From positions 21,700,001-21,764,000 of the forward strand of contig OZ231126.1 in NCBI GenBank assembly GCA_965153355.1: DNA of 64,000 nucleotides, given 5' to 3'. This DNA comes from Flaccisagitta enflata (lineage: Eukaryota). The translations under genes were made by a program, and so were the position numbers. A model generated the notes under the pieces. The model had not been told where the DNA came from. It was given only the letters and a program-made list of their open reading frames with translations, and did not search any database. Shown one piece after another: positions 37,053 to 52,401 of the stretch (position 1 is the first letter of the stretch; every line of letters starts with the position of its first letter).

Positions 37053-38198
37053 GCAGGAAAATGGCTTGAAACACGAAACTGAAATGGGAGAGAGAGGTTG
37101 GAGAGATGGGTGCAAAAGACAGTGCAGGAAAATGGCTTGAAAGATGACACTGAAATGGGAGAGAGAGGTTGGAGAGATGGGTGCAAAAGACAGTGCAGGA
37201 AAATGGCTTGAAAGACGAAGCGGAAATGGGAGGATGGGTTGGGGAAGAGGTGCAAATGGAATTGCAGGAAAATGGCTCGAAAGACGACACTGAAATGGGA
37301 GAGAGAGGTTGGAGAAATGGGTGCAAAAGACATTGCAGGAAAATGGCCTAAAATACGAAGCGGAAATGGGAGGATGGGTTGGAGAAGAGGTGCAAATGGA
37401 ATTGCAGGAAAATGGCTCGAAAGATGACACTGAAATGGGAGAGAGGTCGGAGAAATGGGTGCAAAAGACATTGCAGGAAAATGGCTTAAAATATGAAGCG
37501 GAAATGGGAGGATGGGTTGGAGAAGAGGTGCAAATGGAATTGCAGGAAAATGCCTTGAGAGACGACATTGAAATGATAGAGAGAGAGGTTGGAGAAATGG
37601 GTGCAAAAGACAGTGCAGGAAAATGGCTTGAAAGACGAAGCGGAAATGGGGGGATGGGTTGGAGAAGAGGTGCAAATGGAATTGCAGGAAAATGGCTTGA
37701 AAGACGACACTGAAATGGGAGAGAGAGGTTGGAGAAATGGGTGCAAAAGACAAGGCAGGAAAATGGCTTAAAAGACGAAGCGGAAATGGGAGGATGGGTT
37801 GGAGAAGAGGTGCAAATGGAATTGCAGGAAAATGGCTTGATAGACAACACTGAAATAATAGAGAGAGAGGTTGGGGAAATGGGTGCAAAAGACAGTGCAG
37901 GAAAATGGCGTGAAAGACGAAGCGGAAATTGGAGGATGGGTTGGAGAGGAGGTGCAAATGGAATTGCAGGAAAATGGCTTGAAAGACGACACTGAAATGG
38001 GAGAGAGAGGTTGGAGAAATGGGTACAAAAGGCAGTGCAGGAAAATGGCTTGAAAGACGAAGCGGAAATGGGAGGATGGTTTGGAGAAGAGGTGCAAATG
38101 GAATTGCAGGAAAATGGCTTGAAACACGACACTGAAATGGGAGAGAGAGGTTGGAGAAATGGGTACAAAAGGCAGTGCAGGAAAATGGCTTGAAAGAC
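37053..38198. repeat. Dimeric higher-order tandem repeat (71 + 69 = 140 bp), about 16 monomers
   Basis: All monomers begin GCAGGAAAATGGC; type A (..GACACTGAAATGGGAGAGAGAGG..) alternates with type B (..GAAGCGGAAATGGGAGGATGGG..). Confidence 0.92.
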
Positions 38199-39239
38199 TA
38201 AATCTAAACAGGAAAAATAGGTTAGAGACATGCATGTATTTGGCACTGCAAATGGGTTGATAGATCAGTGGGATGGGAGAGATGGGTGGAAAGGACATTG
38301 CGGGAAAATGGGTTGAGAGATTAGTGGGAGAGATGGGTGAAGATGCGAGAAATGGGTTGAGAGAATTCCCTAAATCCCCTGAATTACAACGGGGAGTTGA
38401 GAGGGGTTGGAGAGAGGGATGCAAAAGGGTACGGATGCGACTGTCATGCAAATCAATGGAAGGAGTAAAGTGTTTGAGGGAAATGGCGCAGGAGACATGG
38501 ATAAAATTATACACCCAAATGGCAAAGCAGGACATTGGTATGAAAGAACAAAACAAAGGAATAAAAGGGTTGTTTTGAAACAATACCGCTGATGAACACA
38601 CTAATGGCACTTTTTAAGCACAGAGAAATACAGGTTCGGCAACAGAAGAAAGTAACGGAAAAGCACTGCTAGTGAAACCAGTGAAATCCAAAGAAAGTGA
38701 AGAGGTAAGTTTAGTTGATCAAGTTCATGGGGGTAATGGAAAGAAAAATGTGTTTAGAACAACAAAGTGCAAAATTTTGTACCACAAAAAAATGCTTTAC
38801 ATTCTTTGAAACTTCAAAGCATGAAACAATGATTTTCATTTCATCAGCGTGTATCAGCAATCGATGATGACTATTGAATCAGGCATGACGTGCCAATGTG
38901 AGACGACATTGGCATGGAAACGTGAATGACGACCTGAATAACGAGATCGATCTGAACGACATCGCTCGACGAAAGTCGTAAGAAAAGCACTTGGTGTGAA
39001 GCTTAATGGCATTGCTTAAGAAAGAAGAAGATGGCAAAGTCGATGACGATAATAATGTTGGCGACGATGACGACGATGACGGTGACAGCGACAACGACGA
39101 CAACGACGACGACGACGATGCCTCCTACCGGAAAGAAGGAAAGTCGAGGAGGGACATTTGTAGGAAGATTGATCGTCTTTCTTTATGTCCAATGAAAGAT
39201 TCTAACGAGAAGGTGAGCGCAGAAGCGCCAAAAGCAAAG

Positions 39240-39416
<177 letters not shown>

Positions 39417-39886
39417 AAACCTTTTTCATGGGGGAGGTCTTTCTTCTCACTAACTCGTTGTCTCGGTGTTCTTGGCATCTTTCCTTAGAGTCATTTTTTT
39501 TGTTCTTAGCTTTTTTTTACAGAAGTTTCTTTAGTTTATTTATCTGTCTACTTATATTCCTATCGATTGGTCTGTCAATCCGTCTCTCTGTCTGTCTTCA
39601 TAGTTAGTGTAATCGTAATTTTTTTGCCTTTGTCTTTGTTTCTGTTCCTATCCTTTTGAGTGTCATGCACAATCTCAGCATTGCTCATTTTCTTTTTCCG
39701 TTTCCTTTATCAATGTCTGCTACGCTTCCTACTGTCTCAGTTGTATTCATCATAGATCTGTTTGCCCATCTGATTGTCAGTCCTCTTTTTTGCCCGTTTA
39801 TTTGTCTATTTGTTTGTCTGTTTGTCTGTCTATCTTATTTTCTATTTCTCTCTCTGTCTCTCTCTCTGTGTCTCTGTGTCTCTCTC

Positions 39887-39940
<54 letters not shown>

Positions 39941-42414
39941 CTTTAACGGTGCATCCCCTTCAGGTCATTTCCTCTTCTTTCAAAAATTCAAGACGATGCT
40001 TCGGAAAGAGTTGAAAAGAGACCCAATGGGAGATTCTAAATCAAATTATCCACTGCCGGCCTCCTCTTTATTTTTCTTTTCCTTTCTTTCCTTTTCTTTC
40101 TTTTTCTTTTGGTTTTTCTCGTTTTCTTTTTTTTCTTTTTTTTTCCTTCAATTTCTTTCTCCACATCTCGCGTTTTAGTGTCCTTTGTCTTTTCCATGCC
40201 CTTTCTTCTTTTTGTTGTTCTAGTGCTTGATATGATTAACTAGATAGTAGGCAATGCGCAAACACAGTATGAGGACAAGTTCTACATGTATAAGAAAATA
40301 CCAAAAATGATTATTACGTAGACCTTATTGTCTCAAAGTGGGCCACTATTCTACATCACACAATCACAGTAGCGGGACCATATACCAGATTAGCTTGAAA
40401 TGTCTCATAGCGCGGCCAAGTCATTGCTAAGTAACGAAAGGTCTGCCTGAAGTAACGTAGTCCCCTGCATGCACATTCCCATCACGTTCTGGTCCATTAT
40501 GCAGATTTTTTTTCATGACTGCGCCGCTGTCATCCTTCAGTCACGTTCACAAGCCGGCATTTTGAATTTAGAATTTGGACTTTGAACCGAACGACCATCA
40601 TTCTCGCGATAAAACGGCGTTTTTTGCACACTCCCAAGAAGCCATAATGGTTAAAAGACGGAGGATGCGGAAAATAGCGTTTGATCAAGGAAGAGTAAGG
40701 AGCGCCGAAGAAGCTTGTCAGAAAATCTAGTGAGAGGATGAGTAGGAAAGGGAAAGAGAAAAAATAGAGGGTTGACAAATATCTTGGAAAACCAACACAG
40801 GAATAGTTACATGTGAAATGGTGGAATTTTAGGATTCATAAGCATCAAGAACCTAATTTGCATAATGCGTTATTTAGATTTCTGTTTTTTATGGCAAAAA
40901 ATTGAGCTGCACGCAATTGGAATTGAAGCTATATGTATTATTACTGCTCTAGCGGTGTGTCGAGATATAACGAGCACTTTCCTGCAAGAGAAATCATCTT
41001 TAAGTGTTTGTATTGAGAAGTCTAACAATCAGATGATTACAATACATTATAATAACTTCGAAAAAATCGACAAACCGTTGGAATTATAGCTATAGGTAAT
41101 GGATAAATCGTCAACCTGTTCCGATAGGGAGCTGGCGATTGGGTGCGGTTTAACTGGCCAATCGGTCAACTTCGTGTCGACGGGCTGTGGGGCTGTGGCT
41201 TGACTCCGTCTGTCATGAGGCCAAATGTTCGGTAAAATAATGACGTATCAGTGCAAAAAAGCTACGTCGAAAATTAAAGAGGGAAATTTGTGCTCTTTGG
41301 TAGATTTGTATATCGGATCGCGGAGACTTTTAGTCGCGTGCACGCGACTCTATGACCGGCTATGTCGGTCTGTCCCTCTGTCGGTCCCCGTTAGCTTTTC
41401 CATCACTGCCCCTGCCTACAGTGAGACTAATCTTAGCAATTGTTTTCCTTGGAAAATTCCGTGAATGAAAACTGCTGGTGGGGAGTTTTGGAGTGGAGTT
41501 TCGTGGGTAACTGATGGTTTTAGAGACAGTGCTGATGTGGATATGGGAGCGAGAACGTGAGATGTATAGAGGATGTAAGATAGGTCGAGAATGGGCTTGG
41601 AGATGGATTGGGTCGATTTGGATATGAGAGTGAGGATGTGAGATGAATTTGATGCAAATGAACTGCGCCACTTTGACGCTTCTCAAACTCCCGCGGCGCC
41701 ATCTCTAAATTCAGAGCACTTTTCTGGGTTGTTCACGCAAAATTAAATATGCTTGTCGGGTTGTTGGCTTTGGGTTAGTTGGTTTGTTTTTGTTTTATTT
41801 CTTAAACGTTTAGTAGACAAACAATTCATAAATGACCATTCGAGCTTTGTTCATTTCAAAGCCAAATCAACCACGCAGTTCCATGGATGAAATAGGACAT
41901 TTTCAGCATCAACTGTCTCGGCACTCCTCTACCGGCACTTGTCAGCCGGCACTCATTTACATTTGACGCCATCCTGTCGGCAGCCACGCTCATCTTTTTT
42001 TTTTTTCGTTTTTGAAAAATCGGCATTTTTGGCGATCTTTGATACCTGAGTGCGACATGAGATTTTCTCACGTTTTCGTCCTTCGGAATTTTCAATGCGG
42101 ACCAAAAGGAAGATTTGATGAGCACCTCCAACCCACTCTCATATTTCCTTGTTTCCTATGAGAATATGTCGAAATCACTGTCAGCTTACGTTGCTACGTG
42201 ATATCTTTCATTTTCTGATCACTTTAACTCGACATATATACTTATAATGCCGTACTGAGCCGGGTAGGTTGCACACAGTTACACCGCTATAACAGATCCA
42301 AGATTATTGGAAATCCATCTATCATCGATAAAGAATTTAGTCTCTTCATGCACTTTCTTTTATATACTAGCCAGACAGAAGTCCACTTATACTTGTAACA
42401 TATATTCTTTTTTG

Positions 42415-42672
42415 CCACCGTGCAGATAGTGCCACTATCGATGACATCTTGCGTTGCCCATCATCCAACTCGGTCCACCGTGCAGATAGTGCCACTATCT
42501 GCATGGTGAATCGAGTTGGAGGGTGAGCAACACAAGCTTGATGTCACCGGTAGTGGCACTTTCTGCACGGTGGTCCGAGTTGGATGATGAGCAACGCATG
42601 ATGTCACCGTTAGTGCCACTATCAGTGACATCATGCTTGTGTTACTCACTATCCAACTCGGTCCACCGTGCA
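42415..42672. repeat. 60-64 bp repeat array with 15-bp palindromic cores and an internal inversion
   Basis: GATAGTG(C/G)CACTATC-like cores centred at 42432, 42492, 42556 and 42616; unit orientation flips at cores 2 and 4. Confidence 0.85.
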
Positions 42673-42957
42673 CCTTCAACATTTCCCTCGTTTTATGATT
42701 CTCGGTCGCATTTTTTTTTTCTCCTACGGTTTTTTTTTCGTTTTCCGACTTAATCAAATATTCATAGCGCAAGCAGAATATTTCGTCATAAAAAAATTCA
42801 TTTTGATTTCCGCTTCCAATTTATCCATTTTTAAAGTCCCGTTCGTATTTTCGTTAAAGCGAGATACAGGAAATAAGCAAGGTGTGGTATGAAGGGGGAA
42901 GGTGGAAAGCTTCATAAACATTTGAAAAGCCAGGCGTATATGGCAATTGGCAATTGT

Positions 42958-43310
<353 letters not shown>

Positions 43311-43488
43311 GGTTGTCGAACTGCTGTTCATCGTTTCTTTTCTTTTTCCGTTGCCTTAGTTGGCCTTTGAATCTTCCTCGCTTTGTTTCTCTTTTCCTTT
43401 CTCTTCTCGCTCTTTTGCTCTCATCTTTCTTCTTTTTCCTTCTTCTCTCATTTTGTTTCCATCTCCATTTTTCACCTCCGACTTCCTC

Positions 43489-43530
<42 letters not shown>

Positions 43531-43874
43531 TTGTTGTGTTGAAATTAACACCCTTTTTTTTATTGAAGATTTTTTTCTTCAAGCCAATGCCATTTCTAAA
43601 CGAATAAAGCGACAATGTCCAGCAACATTGCATTTGGAGCTTTCAAACGAGATTTTTTTATGGTTTAGGCCCATAGTTAAACAAAAATTAGCATAAAAAG
43701 TGATTCTCTTTTTCTAGCCATGGTTAGTTGTGTCTCTTTCTCTATCGTACTTTTGGTCTGACTCATTTTCTATATCTCTGTCTGTATATCTTTGTCCATA
43801 TGACTGTGTGACTGCGTGGCTGACACTCCCAGTCTGACTGTCTGTCTCTTTGTCTCTTTGTCTCTTTGTCTCTT

Positions 43875-43932
<58 letters not shown>

Positions 43933-44859
43933 TGTCTTTCTGCTCCCATTTTCTGGGCTCACATCCAGGTTGTTCTCTTCCAATTCTTCCGCTCTTCCGC
44001 CTCTGTCTTTCCGCCCCATTGATTTCACAACTAATGACATCCTTGGAGAAGCAGTAAACGGAAACAAACAACCCTTGTTTCTCTCTCTCCAACACTGGGA
44101 AAGCAAGGAGACGAAGAAAAAACTATAACAACAAGTAAGGAAAAAGGAAAAAGGAATAGATGTACAAAGTCAAAGGCACGCAAATAACAACAAAAAATGA
44201 CTGCTGGGTGATATAATGGCAAGTGATATTTTTACCCATTCCATTGCAGCATTTTCTCCCTCCTCTTCACACCAAATAGTATTTGTTTAGGATGAGGATG
44301 CAAAAAGAGGCCGAAACTTTATTTTGTAATTTGTAGTGTTTTTGAAACCCAGCCTTAATTCTCCAATCAAACAAGATCAAGTTTTCTAACCGCTATCTGA
44401 CCAAAAAGCCTTCTGAAGAGTCGTTGAAAATTTCAGAGCTAAGGGAAAGGAAAAAAAAATCTCATCAACCACTCGGTCAAAACCATTGAAACAGGTGTAG
44501 CATCGGGTGCTGCAGACGATATCTCGTAACAAATCTCTTCTCACTCAACGTTCTCTTTTTCCCCACTCCCATTTCCTGTTTTTTTTTTTTCTTCTATCAT
44601 CTCTCTCTTTCCTTCAGTTCCCTTTTTGTCTGCCAATTGCGGTTTGCGTAATGTGTTTCCTTGTGTTTCAGATGTGGAACCCCTTTTCCCAGGCGACGCA
44701 TATGTTTTCCCTCCATACTTCTTCCTACCAACTTTATGACTTGTTTCCTCTTTCTTTTCTTCCTTCTTTATTGCTTTTTATTTTCTCTCTCTCGTTTGGC
44801 GTCTCTTTTTTTTTCTGTTTCCCTTTTCCTTCTTTTCACTTTCTGTCGCTCCGCTACTA

Positions 44860-45559
<700 letters not shown>

Positions 45560-45871
45560 TAGCTTCTGCTTTCACAATTCTTTTTCTGTGCCTCCCTATC
45601 CTCCTTCTCTTTTGACTTCCATTTTCCCTGTAGGAACATCACTTTTCGACTCCTTTTTAACAGCGCTTATGATGGGGAAAAACTAATCTCTCGGTTTGAC
45701 TGTTTTTCTGTCTTCCGTTCTTTCTGTCTGCTCTCTGTTTGTTTGGCTTTTTATCTCTTTCTTATTTCTACTGGCTTTTTCGGTCCATCTTTTATCTACT
45801 GGTTTACCCTTACATCGACTTGCTTGACAATCTAATTGTTTGTCTGTCGTTTTCTCCCTCTCTCCATTTCT

Positions 45872-45969
<98 letters not shown>

Positions 45970-46953
45970 ATTGATAATAATTTCGTAAGCAATTCCAATC
46001 TCTGTTTTCTTTTCTGAATGAGTCGGTTTATAGTCGAAAAAAAACCTACCAAAATATGATTAGGATTGCGGAAAAAAAAGCCTTTGAAAAAAAATAAAGA
46101 AATATTTGCCGTGTTAACAATTGGTTTCGACTTATTTTCACTGCCATTTGAATTCCTGGCGGAAGAGTGACACCATTGCCATGGGCGCAATGAATGGGAC
46201 CTTCTTGAAAGTGTTCAAAATGGTTGAGGGTAGGGAATCTCTACTAGGGATTGAGGCGAGGGAAGGTAGCAGGGTACGAGATATAACCGGAGAAAGATGT
46301 ATAGCACAATTTTCACAAAGGAAATTAGTGTGGAATGGTATTGTGATTAAGCTACACAAAATCAAGATGTGGGAAAAGATAGATATGACGCTCTTATTGG
46401 ATCCCAAATTTGTGTGATTCAGTGTTACAATCATACTTAACGCCAGTATTTGTCTATCCTAATTCCGATTCGCAAAATCTCGACCTATTTCCATGTATAA
46501 AGTCAAACCCATAAAAATGTAACAACCTCATTCATTTGCGTCTTTGTATGAAGAACTCGTGGTTTCTGAGCGATTAGCCTGCTTCTCTGTTGGAACTTTT
46601 TTTCTCCCGTTTTCCCTCTTTTAGTTTTTTTCTCCTCTTTACTCTCTTTAGATCTTTCTCATTTTTTTTTCACGTAGGAACAGGAAGCATTTTCTTTCCT
46701 TTTATTGTTTGGCTCCTGCCGAAAAGGATAACACCATGATGGAATCAACAACACAGAAAACAACAACAGTGCCGCGCCATATTCCGTAGTTATTGCCTTC
46801 CTTTATGCCTTTCTTTATGCCTTCCTTTATGTGCTTCTATTTTTGCCTGTTCCCTTCAACTCAATGGCTTCAGATGCACATAAAAAGAGTCGGCTGAGCC
46901 CCCTTTAGAGGCAGCAGACCGAGCTCGCCAACACCAGCGTGAGGGGAAACAGG

Positions 46954-47093
<140 letters not shown>

Positions 47094-47260
47094 TCCATAG
47101 ACAGGCAAACAGACAGATCGATGCATAGACAGATCGATGCATAGACAGAAAAAGAGAGCAAGGAGATCGACAAAACTAAAGAGTTAATCAAATGGACAAA
47201 CAGACCAAGGTATAGAAAGACATAAGTACCATTAGAGTGATCAAAAAAGCTAAATGATAG

Positions 47261-47407
47261 AAAAACAAGGCCAAGTATAGGTGCGATGTGTGGATCGTCG
47301 AACGAATGCGTTACCGACAGACAGACCAACCAACCGACCAACCAACCGACCAACCGACCAACCGACGGACACAACCAGTTATAGAGGTGCTTTGTCGCAC
47401 CTAAAAA
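47261..47407 (-). mobile_element. Short family A subfamily
   Basis: Matches 36109-36243. Confidence 0.75.
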
Positions 47408-48183
47408 GAGGTACAAAAGTGACAACATTGACAATTTGACATCGAGATCGAGAGTTAAAGCAAAAGTAACCGTCAGTAAACGACAGCAGATGTATATTGT
47501 ATATTTACTTTTACCAAAAGATTACGAGTTGACTTTTTTTTGCGTCTAAAAATTTGAAAACACAAGCATCACAACAGCCTGAAAATAAACGTAATAAAAA
47601 AGAAAAATTCAGTTGAGAAAAAAAATCCAATAGCCCCCTCGCTGACAATAAGATTTTCAGTGAGCCTCAAGAGGAAAAAAGCAAGCTTGCAGAAATATTC
47701 TCGGCTATTGTTATCGTATTGCCGTTTTGTCATCGAGAATCGGATAAAAGAGTTAGGGCAAGCATCTAATGGTTTTCAGCTTCATACGACAAACATAGCT
47801 GCCATTGTGGGCAGGCAAGTGGGCATTGCAGGCATCGTGGCATCATACAGTTCTTTTACTGGCATGAAAACATGAGAACGGGGAATGAAGCCTTGGTCAA
47901 AGATCTCAATTTGAAATACCAACGTAAAGAGTTTCAGCCACACCCTTAAGTAAGTCCTGTGAACCGGGGAAGACATATCCTTCATCAATGAAACGGCAAC
48001 CCTTTTGCTTGGTCACTCGCTCACTAACCCGCCTTTGCTCGCCTGCATTTCACTAACTTGGTACCCTATCATTTGCATTAATTGGTTAAAAAGTTTGTAA
48101 CCGCCACTCATCTTAGTCTGTATGCTGCCAATAACTAGATCAAAACATATACCAGCCTTGAAGATTGCTTCGATATCAAAATT

Positions 48184-48532
<349 letters not shown>

Positions 48533-48912
48533 ACAAGATTACCTATCAATTTCGCGAGGTTATTTTCACCGCCAATTGCCGATTATGTCTGGAAAGGTAT
48601 ATTTGTTCATACACGAATCAAATGAAAAATCAGTCGATAGCATGGCCATTTTGTCAATATCGTTCGTCAAAGAAAGATACCCTTTGAAGCTCTATAACAA
48701 CATATTTCAACGGATACTTACTTACTTGTATTGGCGTAATCGTTATGATTTAAATTTACCCTAAAGGGCAGTTGATCTCATGGTATGAAAACATAGAAAC
48801 CTGTATATATTGCCAAAAATGAATGATATTATTTCCTTTTTTGGCAAAAAGCACTATAACATACCACTGCGAATCCAACATGGGCTCTCAAAAGGATTGA
48901 GGAGCGACATCA

Positions 48913-50673
48913 ATGGAAATTTTTCCCACTTCCTTCTCCGAGAAAGAACGTCTCCTATCACAAATTGAAACTCACATCAGTAAACCATTTTGTTCATCCA
49001 TATGCACATGTGAAAGCAACGATGGAGCATTAGTTGATGAAAATGTATACAAATTTTATCTCGACAGTGACTCAGTCATCAAGGGAATAGACTCAGTTAC
49101 AAAACCAGAAGGGACCGTCATCGAAAAATCTCACACGAATGATTTTCGTTCACCTGCAAACATGGAACAACCCACGACGATCGGCGCAAGCTCAAAGCGA
49201 TTTGTGTGTGGTCAATGTTATTCCTCGTTTTCTTGTAATGAATCGCTGAGCGCCCATAAAAGAATCCACGTTGAAGGAACATTTGTATGTAAAATTTGCT
49301 ACAAGGTCTTTGAAAGTTCTCGCGCTTTAATTTATCACAAAAGAAATCACACAGAAAAAACATTTAAATGTAACGTCTGCCCATTTACTTGTAAATTGAA
49401 AATAGATTTACGTGCACATTCAAGGACTCATTTGGACGAAAAACCATTTCTATGTCACATTTGTAATTTCCCCTTCCGCCAAAATGATAATTTGAAAACT
49501 CACATCAAGACGCAGCATTATGGTGAGAAAAATAAACCATTTCGATGCGATCTTTGTGATTTGGCTTTCAGGACTAAGAGCAACCTGATAGATCACATAA
49601 GGATCCATACTGGCGAAAAGCCTTTTGAATGTCAGCGTTGTCCATACGCTTGTTCAAGGAAGAGTGATCTCTCAAAACATGAAAGGACGCACACTCTTGA
49701 AAAACCTTTCAAGTGTGATTTTTGTCCATTGGCTTGTACAAGTACATCGAATCTAATAACTCACAAGAAGAGGATGCACACCCATCAAAAGCCATTTAGA
49801 TGTGAGCTTTGCCCGTCAACATTTCTTAGCGCAAACCATCTAACGAGACACAGGAAGACACACGCAGGTGAAAAGGAGTATGATCAATCTGCCTCAAAGC
49901 GATTCAAATGTGATCATTGCTCCTCTGCGTATGACACAGAAGGACAATTAAACACGCATATGAGGATCCACACTGGCGAAAAGCCTTATGGATGTGACAT
50001 TTGTGATAAAGCTTTTGTCAGAAAACAATGTTTGACAAAGCATTTGAAAGACCACACGAGCAAAATGTTTAAATGTGAAGTTTGTCCATACTCTCATGCA
50101 TCAAAAACTGCTTTAACGAGACACAAGAAGATCCACGATAAAGAGAAGTCATTCACATGTGATTTATGTCCTGCCGCTTTCTCCCAGAATGGTCAATTGA
50201 AACGACACAAGAGAACCCATACTGGTGAAAAACCATTTTCTTGTGATACTTGCCTATCATTTTTTTCCAGTAAAGCTACTTTAGCTGTACACAAAATGAA
50301 GCACACTGGTAAGAGGTCATACAAATGCAAACTTTGTGCAGATACATTTTTCGAGTTAGGCCACTGAAATGCACACATGAGAATACACACGGGTGAGAAA
50401 CCTTTCAGATGTGAGCTTTGTCCTGCAGCCTTCGCCCAAAGAAGCTCATTGGAAACACATAAACTGACTCACGCAGATGAAAAGCCATTTAAATGCGACG
50501 CTTGCCCATTTGCTTCCAAATACAGGCAACAACTAAAAGCGCACAAAAAATCGACCCACGCCTACTTGAAACCATTCAAATGCGAACTCTGCCCGTGTTC
50601 CTATCAAGCCGCAAATACTCTCGCACTCCACAAAAAGATACATGCCGGTGAAAAGGAAACCGATCTTAGTTAG
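48913..50673 (+). CDS. Tandem C2H2 zinc-finger protein, 17 fingers, with one in-frame TGA (50365-50367) in finger 14
   Basis: ORFs 48913-50367 and 50377-50673 are in the same frame: [25 protein letters not shown]. Several HTGEKP linkers; no introns. Confidence 0.92.
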
Positions 50674-50686
50674 CGTGATCGATTCA

Positions 50687-50981
50687 TATGAAAGTTGGAC
50701 AACATCACTACTCAACAACATCTAAAATAATGACAAGAGCCTTTAGAGCTCAAACTGGTGTTTAATCCGGACCCATCACAGCTATCCTTTCAATTTCTGG
50801 AAAAATATTCCCTGTTCAGAAATTTTCACTAGACTTGTCAAAAGTTATGCAGCATTTAGAAAAAGGTCATCAATTTCTGTCTATAAGTGAGGTATGCAGA
50901 ACATAAGAAAACTCTTGATAGATATGGCAGCGCGAAGGAGACCATATCCATCTGGGTACCTTCTCATACTCCTCATATATC
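50687..50981 (-). mobile_element. Internal fragment of MITE family 2
   Basis: Diverged reverse complement of ~3990-4284, starting 14 bp after the ZF stop codon. Confidence 0.75.
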
Positions 50982-51019
50982 ATTTATAGGTTAGTTTTAC
51001 CCCCAGACTTATTAATAAT

Positions 51020-51998
51020 CAGGCCTGAAATTAGTATTATTTCTAAGCGTGCACGCCGGGCACGCCCCCCAAAATTTTAGCGTGCCCGACAGGAAAACAG
51101 CGTGTCCGGTAAAATAGGTAGTTTTACCATACTTCTAACAACACATTTTTTTTCTGAATCCTTCAAAAGAGATAGAGATAGCTACTAGTAAAATAACTAC
51201 AACGTTCTCTTAATTTTGGAGCGTTTTGATGCATTGTTAAAAAAGATTAGGTTAGGCTAAGCTTAATTTGACTTTATTTGCATGTGTGTAGATAAAGTCA
51301 TGCCTGTCCCTCAGTCGGTTGGTCAGTTGGTCTGTCAGTCGATCGCACTAATGTCAAAACCGCGCAAAACTGCCAATCCTGGCGTCAATCTTTATTCTCG
51401 TAACCTTCCCACTTTCATTCACTTTCATTAACCTTCATTCACTTTCATTCACCTTCATTCACCTTCATTCTCCTTCACTCACATTCTATTTTCATCCATT
51501 CAAGCGTTCATTAAGTATGTTCATTCCTCAAAAACGTTCATTCATACATTCTTAGTCAGCCAGGCATTCATATCGGCCTTTTTTCTCAGTTGAAAAGAGT
51601 AACATTGATTCAACAAATAAGGATGAAATTCCAGTGTCACACTCTTAAACGTCTAAAGGAAAAGACCGAGTTTACGCCAATACTTTTGCCTTGTTATCTA
51701 ACAAAGAATGAAAGAATGAATGAATGAATGAATGAATGAATGAATGAATGAATGATTGAATGAATGAATGAATGAATGATTGAGAGTTTGTGTAAGGATT
51801 TAGAGCAAGAAGGTGAAAAGAAGACTGAGAACGCTCATTTTGCACTTTTTTTCCCTTTTTTCTTGAAAGCATAAGAGATTAAAGAAATAAAAGAAGAGAC
51901 AAGAGCGTGCACGCCGGGCACACAGCTAGCAAAAGCTGCGTGCCCGTCAGCAAAACTGCGTGCACCGGGCACGCGGGCACGCTCTATTTTCAGGCCTG
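51020..51998. mobile_element. hAT-like MITE with subterminal GCGTGC(A/C)CG repeats
   Basis: TIR CAGGCCTGAAA(T/A)TAG; the 8-mer CTTATTAA lies immediately right and 4 bp from the left end; nested DINE-like element at ~51290-51582. Confidence 0.75.
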
Positions 51999-52401
51999 CT
52001 TATTAACTGTTATTTCCGTTTTCTTTTGGCATCGGTCCCCCCTCTTGGTGCTGCTTCTTTGTGGCCCATGATCCCCCATATTCCCTTATTGCCCTGGAAG
52101 GCTCACAATAGATATCTCAAAGACCGAAGTTCTGGCCAAGCGGGTATTTCATCAGACTAAATTCTGACCCAAATTCTGGCCCAACTCCCGTAAGGTTTAG
52201 ATTTGGGCCGAAAAAAAATTATGACGACAATTTGTAAAAAATCTTTGATAGATTAGCACCTCTTTTTTGCCTGATTGTATGTTGTCAGTGCATTTTTCGG
52301 TCATAGATATTGTGTGGACAGAGGTTTTTTCTTCAAGCGCCATAAAAGGCTTGAAGGACTGATGAATAATATTTGTAAATGATTTCTATAATTGATAGTA
52401 T

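Noticed and set aside
37053-38198. CRISPR-like constant repeat plus spacer appearance
   Set aside because: The apparent spacers are only two alternating related sequences; no cas genes; eukaryotic context.
50365-50367. Selenocysteine codon
   Set aside because: The TGA aligns to the conserved Leu, not a Cys; the downstream sequence is a MITE fragment and I saw no SECIS.
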